Origin: Candidatus Heimdallarchaeota archaeon
Lineage (GTDB): Archaea > Asgardarchaeota > Heimdallarchaeia > Heimdallarchaeales > Kariarchaeaceae
NCBI GenBank assembly: GCA_030149205.1
Contig: JASBSB010000001.1
Coordinates: 210,001 to 242,000 of the forward strand
DNA length: 32,000 nt
Reading direction: 5' to 3'
A program made the translations under genes and the position numbers. Below, in pieces: positions 26,123 to 32,000 of this stretch. How positions within the stretch are numbered: the stretch's first letter is position 1; each line of letters starts with the position of its first letter. The notes beneath the pieces are model-generated. The model did not search any database. It was not told where the DNA came from and saw only the letters and a program-made list of their open reading frames with translations.

Positions 26123-27535
26123 ATGAACATTAGTAATGATTTGTTAAGAGGTGTCGATTTATCTGTAGAGGTATTCCGAAATGACGACTTTTCGAACTCT
26201 GTAAATGAATTGTTACCGATGGATTTACTGAGTCTTAGACTAAGTAATGTCCCAGATCAAAGTTCTACTGTGGTTTCTCTTTTTGATTTTAACGGTGAAA
26301 AGAGATATATGGCAAGGTTGAGAGACCAAAACCCTGTTTTTACAACTAGAGTCCAAAACACTAGAAAATTTGGAAAATGGTATTTTCTGATTGAATTTTT
26401 CGATGAATTGTACGGAAAGATAGAATTTTGTCATCCAGTGGGAATTGTTTCAACTCTTCGTATACTTGAACCTCTACAAGAGGTTAAGATCACTCAAATC
26501 AGTAATTCTGAGCTCAAAAAAGCATTAGTTGAAGCTAAAGTTGAATTAACTGAAATATTTGGAATTGGTCCTTCAACCAAACAGAAGTTAGAAAGTGTCA
26601 AAATTTGTAGTATTAATGACCTTTTAGATTACGAACCTAGCCAAGTTAGTGAAATGATAGACATTGCTTTAACTAAAGTCACTCTTTGGTATGAACATAT
26701 TAGAACCCAATACTTTGAAAAAGGAAAATGGTTCAATCAAGATCGTCAAATAAAATCTATATCTTCAGATATAACACTAATCAAGGGAATAGGAAAGAAA
26801 CTTCAATCAGTTTTGTTTGAAGCTGCAGGAATTCAAACCATAGAAGATCTATCTCACTCAAACCCTACTGATCTTGAACAGATAATTGGCCTTAAAAAAG
26901 CAGTAAAGTTTATTTCAGCTGCAAAAGAGTTCCTTTCTCAAGAACAGGATGAAACTATTTCCAACACTTTCAATGAGGGAGATATCTCTAAAGTTGAACA
27001 CCAAATAGACATAGAACTAGTTGGGACAGATAGTGAATTGAATTATGATACTACACCAATTACAACTAAAGACAAAATATCCACATCGTCCTATGTGGAG
27101 GTTGACCCTCCTTCGAAAATTTATGAGAGTAATATGCATGATATAGACGAGAAGTTGAACAATTTAATCAAGCTTAAAGGGATAGGAAAGAAACGGGCTG
27201 AGATTTTGATAGAAAATTCAATTGATACACCAGAACTACTAAACAGACTATCCGAGAGAGAACTAGCAGAGATGCTGAAGGTATCTGACTCAATAGCGCA
27301 TAAATTAAAGACCTCAATTTCTGAATCAAGCAGTATCCAGAAAGAACCTCTTCAACAATCTAATCTAACCACTTTGAAAGGATTGGGTCCAACTTACGAG
27401 ACTCGATTACGTGAGAACGGAGTGAACTCAATGAGGGATCTCAAGTTGTTAGAAATTGAAGAGATAAAAAGTATCACAAAAGCACCTTTGAAGCGGGTTA
27501 AGGAGTGGAAAAGTGAATTAGAAATTTTATGTTAA
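26123..27535 (+). CDS. Protein with four helix-hairpin-helix (HHH_5-like) domains
   Basis: IFGIGPSTKQKL, IKGIGKKLQSVL, LKGIGKKRAEIL and LKGLGPTYETRL, each followed by an (G/S)I.(S/T)..DL-type motif and a second helix pair. Unassigned beta-rich N-terminal domain. Confidence 0.8.
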   Translation: MNISNDLLRGVDLSVEVFRNDDFSNSVNELLPMDLLSLRLSNVPDQSSTVVSLFDFNGEKRYMARLRDQNPVFTTRVQNTRKFGKWYFLIEFFDELYGKIEFCHPVGIVSTLRILEPLQEVKITQISNSELKKALVEAKVELTEIFGIGPSTKQKLESVKICSINDLLDYEPSQVSEMIDIALTKVTLWYEHIRTQYFEKGKWFNQDRQIKSISSDITLIKGIGKKLQSVLFEAAGIQTIEDLSHSNPTDLEQIIGLKKAVKFISAAKEFLSQEQDETISNTFNEGDISKVEHQIDIELVGTDSELNYDTTPITTKDKISTSSYVEVDPPSKIYESNMHDIDEKLNNLIKLKGIGKKRAEILIENSIDTPELLNRLSERELAEMLKVSDSIAHKLKTSISESSSIQKEPLQQSNLTTLKGLGPTYETRLRENGVNSMRDLKLLEIEEIKSITKAPLKRVKEWKSELEILC

Positions 27536-27589
27536 AAAAATTCATGGGTCATAACTAAGCTATTTCTATTATTATGATTTAGAACCCAT

Positions 27590-27817
27590 GTGCCAACACT
27601 TATTGAGAACCTACTAATTTTTTCCGTGTGTTTTATTTTATTTAGTCCTATCCTATATCAAGTTGTGAAAGTAATGATGATCACTTGGGAAAACCGAGAA
27701 AAAGTATCAATTGAACGAAAACGTGAGGTTTTTCTAACTTCTCCATTAATTGTTATAGTAGTGTTTATTTTGTTTTATATGCTCGTTAATTTTTTATACA
27801 GATTGATTCAATTTTGA
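27590..27817 (+). CDS. Small 2-TM hypothetical protein
   Basis: Two hydrophobic helices separated by a charged linker. Its stop overlaps the convergent sufC end by 10 nt. Confidence 0.55.
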   Translation: MPTLIENLLIFSVCFILFSPILYQVVKVMMITWENREKVSIERKREVFLTSPLIVIVVFILFYMLVNFLYRLIQF

Positions 27818-28569
27818 TTTGAAGACTCAGCAACTAGTTTTTCATATCCCTTCTCCTCAAGTTCAACTGCTAATTCAGGTCCACCAGATTTAACAATTGT
27901 TCCTTTATGCATCAAGTAAATGATATCTGGTTTTGTGTATGTCAAGAGTCTATTGTAATGTGTAATTAAGAGAAAGCCAGAATTTGTTTCTTCTCTTTGC
28001 TTAGTTATATTTTCAGCAACAACACGGAGCGCATCAATGTCTAACCCACTATCAATTTCATCTAAGACCACAATTGAAGGTTGCAAAACAGACATTTGAA
28101 TCATTTCAGCCTTTTTTCTCTCACCACCAGATGCATTCTCATTTACACCTCTATTAACTAATGAAGCATCTAAACCAATTTGCTCAAATTGTGACTTTAA
28201 TTTACGATGGAATTTTATTGGGTTTTCAAGCTTTTCATCAGGGTTTTTTAGATGTAACGCAGTTCTAAGGAAATTGGACATAGTTACACCTTCAATTGCA
28301 ATTGGAGATTGGAATCCTAAAAATATACCTAACCTGGCTCTCTTATCTGTCGAAAGTTCTAATATACTCTCACCATTAAATAGGATGTCTCCTGAAGTTA
28401 TTTTGTAATCAGGATGTCCAAAAATAGTTTTTGCAAGTGTTGATTTTCCAGATCCATTTCTTCCCATAATTCCTGCTATCTCTCCAGACTTTATGGTGAG
28501 ATTTACCCCATGTAGTATCTCTTGATCTTCTACAGAAACATACAATTCTTTTATTTCTAATGTTGACAT
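27808..28569 (-). CDS. sufC: Fe-S assembly ATPase SufC
   Basis: Walker A GRNGSGKST, GIFLGFQSP, signature SGGERKK and Walker B VVLDEIDSGLDIDAL. Confidence 0.96.
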   Translation of the reverse strand: MSTLEIKELYVSVEDQEILHGVNLTIKSGEIAGIMGRNGSGKSTLAKTIFGHPDYKITSGDILFNGESILELSTDKRARLGIFLGFQSPIAIEGVTMSNFLRTALHLKNPDEKLENPIKFHRKLKSQFEQIGLDASLVNRGVNENASGGERKKAEMIQMSVLQPSIVVLDEIDSGLDIDALRVVAENITKQREETNSGFLLITHYNRLLTYTKPDIIYLMHKGTIVKSGGPELAVELEEKGYEKLVAESSNQN

Positions 28570-28574
28570 AATTT

Positions 28575-28970
28575 TTATTCTCCATTTTTAATTTGATTTG
28601 CTCTATATTTTAAAAGTGCGGCTTGTACAACTTTTATTCCAAGTAACGCACATTTTAATCTCACAGGTGAGAGACTTACACCTACGAGTTCCCTAATATC
28701 TTCTTGACTAATTGATTCCACTTCATCAATAGACATCCCTGGAACCACCTCAGTTAACATGGAAGTTGTTGCTTGACTGATTGCACATCCATTGCCTTGA
28801 AAAGTCATTGACTCAACTGTCTCAGTAGAACCGTCCAACTTGACCCAGATTTTAATCCGATCCCCGCATAGAGGGTTTAAATCTTCATCCACTAATGTAG
28901 CATCTTCCATTGGGTGATGGTTAAGGGGATTTTTGTAATGTTCTATAATATTTTCTCTATAGATGTCCAT
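28575..28970 (-). CDS. sufU: SufU/IscU-type Fe-S scaffold or sulfurtransferase
   Basis: MDIYRENIIEHYKNP, NPLCGD, GCAISQA and RLKCALL (three conserved Cys), located between sufS and sufC. Confidence 0.9.
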   Translation of the reverse strand: MDIYRENIIEHYKNPLNHHPMEDATLVDEDLNPLCGDRIKIWVKLDGSTETVESMTFQGNGCAISQATTSMLTEVVPGMSIDEVESISQEDIRELVGVSLSPVRLKCALLGIKVVQAALLKYRANQIKNGE

Positions 28971-28979
28971 ATTATCCCT

Positions 28980-30308
28980 CTAACTAAACATCGTATGAAT
29001 GTTTTCAAGGACTTCCAATGTATAGTCTATTTCTTGAAATGTGTTGTAAATGTAAAATGATATTCGATTGGTTGCAGGTGTGTGTAATGATTCAATCAGT
29101 GGTTGAGCACAATGATGGCCCGCTCTTATTGCAATACCTTTTTCATCTAACAGAGTTGAGACATCATGAGGATGAATTAACATTCCATCCTTGTTGAAGA
29201 TGTTAAAGCTGACTACACCACCTCGATGGTTTATATCTTCAGGCCCAAAGATTTTAACATAATCTGTTTCTTTCATTCTTTTGATTAGGTAATTTGTTAA
29301 ATCATGTTCTATTCTTCTGACACGATGCATATCTAAGTCAAGGAGATAATTTACGGCAGTTCCAAATGCGATTCCTCCACCTACGTTTGGTGTTCCAGCT
29401 TCAAACTTCCAGGGTAAGTCATTCCAAGTAGCGCTTTCATAACTCACAGACCTAATCATATCTCCACCATAAAGTAGTGGTTCGAATTCCTCTAACACAC
29501 TTGCTTTCCCGTAAAGTGTACCAATACCCATTGGAGCTAACATTTTATGACCGCTAAAGGCTAAAAAGTCGGGGTTAAGTGTTTTCACATTAATTGGAAT
29601 GTGAGGGACACTTTGAGCTCCATCAATCATAAAAAGGGAGTTATGTTCATGAGCTATTTCGCTAATTTGCTCCATTGGATTAATACTTCCCAACACATTA
29701 CTCATGTGTGGAACAGACACCAATTTTGTGTTATCTGTGATTACCTTCTCTGCAGAATGGATATCTAAAAGCTGTGAATTGCTAGTTTCTATGAATTTTA
29801 GTTTTGCACCTGTTCGTTTGGCAATAATTTGAAATGGGACAAGGTTTGAATGGTGTTCCATCCTTGATAACACTATTTCATCCCCTGGCTTTAGCTTCTG
29901 TTCCAGACCTCTCGCTACAAGATTTAATCCTTCGGTAGTGTTTTTAGTGAATATTATCTCTTCCATTGATGCCCCTATTAGTTTTCCAACATCTTGGTGA
30001 GCCTTTTCATACATATCTGATGCGACCTCACTCAGATAGTGTATCCCACGGTGAACGTTTGAGTTCCAGTGAGTATAATAGTCAGTTAGGCTTTCGATAA
30101 CTTGTCTCGGTTTTTGGGTTGTAGCTGCATTGTCTAAATAAACCAAATCAAGATTGTTTCGAACCTTCTGTTTAAAGATTGGAAAATCTTCCCTGATCTT
30201 TTCAACCAAAATCTGTTGATTCATAGCATCATCATCTGAAATAATATTCATATTAATATCGTATGAGGTTTTATTTAATGAAAAAGATAAGTTTAATTGA
30301 CTTATCAA
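28980..30308 (-). CDS. sufS: Group II cysteine desulfurase SufS
   Basis: YLDNAATTQKP, MEHHSN, DGAQS, PLP-lysine SGHKM, FEAGTP and RAGHHCAQP. The real start is probably ATG 30251 or 30224. Confidence 0.96.
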   Translation of the reverse strand: MISQLNLSFSLNKTSYDINMNIISDDDAMNQQILVEKIREDFPIFKQKVRNNLDLVYLDNAATTQKPRQVIESLTDYYTHWNSNVHRGIHYLSEVASDMYEKAHQDVGKLIGASMEEIIFTKNTTEGLNLVARGLEQKLKPGDEIVLSRMEHHSNLVPFQIIAKRTGAKLKFIETSNSQLLDIHSAEKVITDNTKLVSVPHMSNVLGSINPMEQISEIAHEHNSLFMIDGAQSVPHIPINVKTLNPDFLAFSGHKMLAPMGIGTLYGKASVLEEFEPLLYGGDMIRSVSYESATWNDLPWKFEAGTPNVGGGIAFGTAVNYLLDLDMHRVRRIEHDLTNYLIKRMKETDYVKIFGPEDINHRGGVVSFNIFNKDGMLIHPHDVSTLLDEKGIAIRAGHHCAQPLIESLHTPATNRISFYIYNTFQEIDYTLEVLENIHTMFS

Positions 30309-30332
30309 ATAGATAGTTTCGATTGACTTAGT

Positions 30333-31742
30333 TCATCCGACTGCGCCATATTCGGCCATATCAATTTCAATTAGTCTGTTAAGTTCTACTGCATATTCCA
30401 TTGGTAGTTCTTTGGCAAAGGGTTCGAAGAAACCCATACATATCAGTGCAATCGCTTCATTCTCAGGAAGTCCACGTGACATTAGATAAAACATTGTCTC
30501 CTTTCCAATCTTACCTACTGTAGCTTCATGAGTAATTGTGGCATCGTCTCGCTGAATCTCTTGATATGGGTATGTATCGTTTGTTGAATCTTCATCTAAT
30601 AACAGGGCATCACAAACAACATTGGACACAACATTACCTGCATTAGGGGCAACAGTTATCAATCCACGGTATGTCGTTTTTCCATTTCCCCGTGAAATAC
30701 TTTTTGCCGTTATTCTCGAATGAGTTCTTGGAGCTAAATGAAGGATTTTTGCCCCAGTGTCCTGATGTTGACCGTGGGAAGCGTATGCAACTGAGAGAAC
30801 CTCACCTTTTGCACCTGGTTCCATTAAATAGATGGAAGGATACTTCATTGTCAATTTTGATCCAATATTTCCATCAACCCATTCAACAAGAGAGTTCTCA
30901 TAGGCAAAGGCACGTTTTGTAACGAGATTAAAGACATTATTACTCCAATTTTGTATGGTCGTATATCGTATTCTGGAATTTTTATGTGCTACAAGTTCAA
31001 CTACTGCTGCATGAAGTGAGTCAGAACTATAGGAAGGGGCAGTGCAACCCTCAATATAATGTATATCAGAACCTTCTTCTGCTATAATTAAGGTTCGTTC
31101 AAACTGACCTACATTTTTTGCATTGATCCTGAAATAAGCCTGAAGTGGTACTGAAACCTTCAATCCTTTAGGAATTATAATGAATGACCCGCCAGACCAT
31201 ACCGCTGAGTTTAACGCTGCAAATTTATTGTCATTAGCTGGAATAATTTTGCCAAAGTACTCCTTGAAGTATTCTGGGTATTTTTTCAAACCCTCATCTG
31301 TAGATAGGAAGATAACACCCTGCTTTTCAAGGTCTTCTCTTAACTTATGATAAACTGTTTCGGAATCGTACTGAGCACCTACTCCACCTAAGAATTTCCT
31401 CTCTGCTTCTGGAATTCCTAACTTTTCGTAAGTTTGTTTAATATCATCTGGGACATCATCCCAAGATTCTTCAGTCTTTTCAGAATACCTAGCATAATAC
31501 CTGATCTTCTGGAAGTCAACCTGTAAAAGTTTTTCTTGATCTCCCCATTTTGGCATAGGTAATTGTTTGAAGATCTCTAAAGCCTTTAACCTAAACTCTA
31601 ACATCCATTCAGGTTCGTCCTTTAACTTTGATATCTCTCGAACAATATCCTCAGTCAATCCAAAGTCAGTGGATGCTGTAAATTGTTCTGGATCTGCCCA
31701 ACCTGCTTTATAATCTATTTCTAAATCGAGTTTTGAGTCCAT
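30333..31742 (-). CDS. sufB: Fe-S assembly scaffold SufB
   Basis: EPEWMLEFRLKA, GGVGAQYDSE, DNKFAALN, GQFERTLII, YIEGCTAP, GSKLTMKYPS and HEATVGKI. No intein. Confidence 0.97.
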   Translation of the reverse strand: MDSKLDLEIDYKAGWADPEQFTASTDFGLTEDIVREISKLKDEPEWMLEFRLKALEIFKQLPMPKWGDQEKLLQVDFQKIRYYARYSEKTEESWDDVPDDIKQTYEKLGIPEAERKFLGGVGAQYDSETVYHKLREDLEKQGVIFLSTDEGLKKYPEYFKEYFGKIIPANDNKFAALNSAVWSGGSFIIIPKGLKVSVPLQAYFRINAKNVGQFERTLIIAEEGSDIHYIEGCTAPSYSSDSLHAAVVELVAHKNSRIRYTTIQNWSNNVFNLVTKRAFAYENSLVEWVDGNIGSKLTMKYPSIYLMEPGAKGEVLSVAYASHGQHQDTGAKILHLAPRTHSRITAKSISRGNGKTTYRGLITVAPNAGNVVSNVVCDALLLDEDSTNDTYPYQEIQRDDATITHEATVGKIGKETMFYLMSRGLPENEAIALICMGFFEPFAKELPMEYAVELNRLIEIDMAEYGAVG

Positions 31743-31784
31743 TTGTATCTATATTTAATATTGAGGCATCTATTATAAATTCAA

Positions 31785-31831
31785 TCATAATCTACATTGT
31801 CTATTTTATTTCTAGACAAGAATAATTATGA
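31785..31831. promoter_or_regulatory. Nested inverted repeat, putative operator of the divergent suf promoters
   Basis: TCATAAT-n5-TTGTCTA-n9-TAGACAA-n5-ATTATGA. Both arm pairs share the dyad axis at 31808. Confidence 0.6.
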
Positions 31832-31875
31832 CTATCTTTACTTTTATTTAATAACATGAGAATTATTTTATTGAT

Positions 31876-32000
31876 ATGAGTGCCACGAAGACTGCTAGGT
31901 TTTTGGAAACTTCTTATACAACTGAAGATTCACTTAACAAACTAGTAAGCGGATTAAATGAGGATACCAGACTTGTAGAAAGAAGGAAACGATTGTGGAA
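31876..32000 (+). CDS. 5' end of a gene running off the window, possibly SufD
   Basis: ATG 31876 reads MSATKTARFLETSYTTEDSLNKLVSGLNEDTRLVERRKRLW and stays open to the edge. It resembles the SufB/SufD N-terminal helix pair. TTTATTTA/TATTTAAT lies about 23-33 nt upstream. Confidence 0.45.
   Translation, partial: MSATKTARFLETSYTTEDSLNKLVSGLNEDTRLVERRKRLW

Noticed and set aside
2179-30922. Short ORFs of 60-133 aa lying within or opposite longer genes (e.g. 2179, 2972, 3376, 3626, 5739, 7193, 10934, 12402, 14011, 15209, 18220, 18530, 22186, 22797, 23805, 24409, 25335, 26240, 30671)
   Set aside because: They overlap well-supported genes on the other strand and show no motifs, as expected for shadow ORFs.
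1-32000. tRNA, rRNA, CRISPR array, IS element, selenocysteine readthrough
   Set aside because: I saw no cloverleaf or GC-rich RNA segment, no regularly spaced repeats, no transposase or terminal inverted repeats, and no TGA at a conserved Cys position.

Overview
AT-rich, gene-dense archaeal chromosomal segment with about 33 CDS (two run off the window edges). I found no rRNA, tRNA, CRISPR array or mobile element. Archaeal origin is supported by NreA with a C-terminal PIP box and by TATA-like boxes about 22-31 nt upstream of most start codons. LRR and short HEAT-like solenoid proteins plus a putative mu-homology-domain protein suggest an Asgard (Heimdallarchaeia-like) genome; this is inference. 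Core content: ATP-type PEP carboxykinase (partial, absent from the ORF track), CMD/AhpD, nreA, MFS transporter, nadA and nadC, FAD glycerol-3-phosphate dehydrogenase, thyX, peroxiredoxin, PIG-L deacetylase, YgfZ, Nudix hydrolase, SDR-type threonine dehydrogenase, and a sufB-sufS-sufU-sufC operon with a probable divergent sufD at the edge. Top candidates for novelty: (1) a cytoplasmic HEAT + mu-homology-like + Ig-like protein resembling adaptin/COPI medium-subunit cargo domains; (2) a FYVE-spaced zinc finger fused to a SAM methyltransferase; (3) a nested 47-bp palindrome centred between the divergent suf genes; (4) a membrane-anchored metzincin-like protein with a disabled zinc motif; (5) an A-type Fe-S carrier homologue with relocated cysteines; (6) a PUA-like protein next to thyX. 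All family calls come from motif recognition by eye, not database searches.
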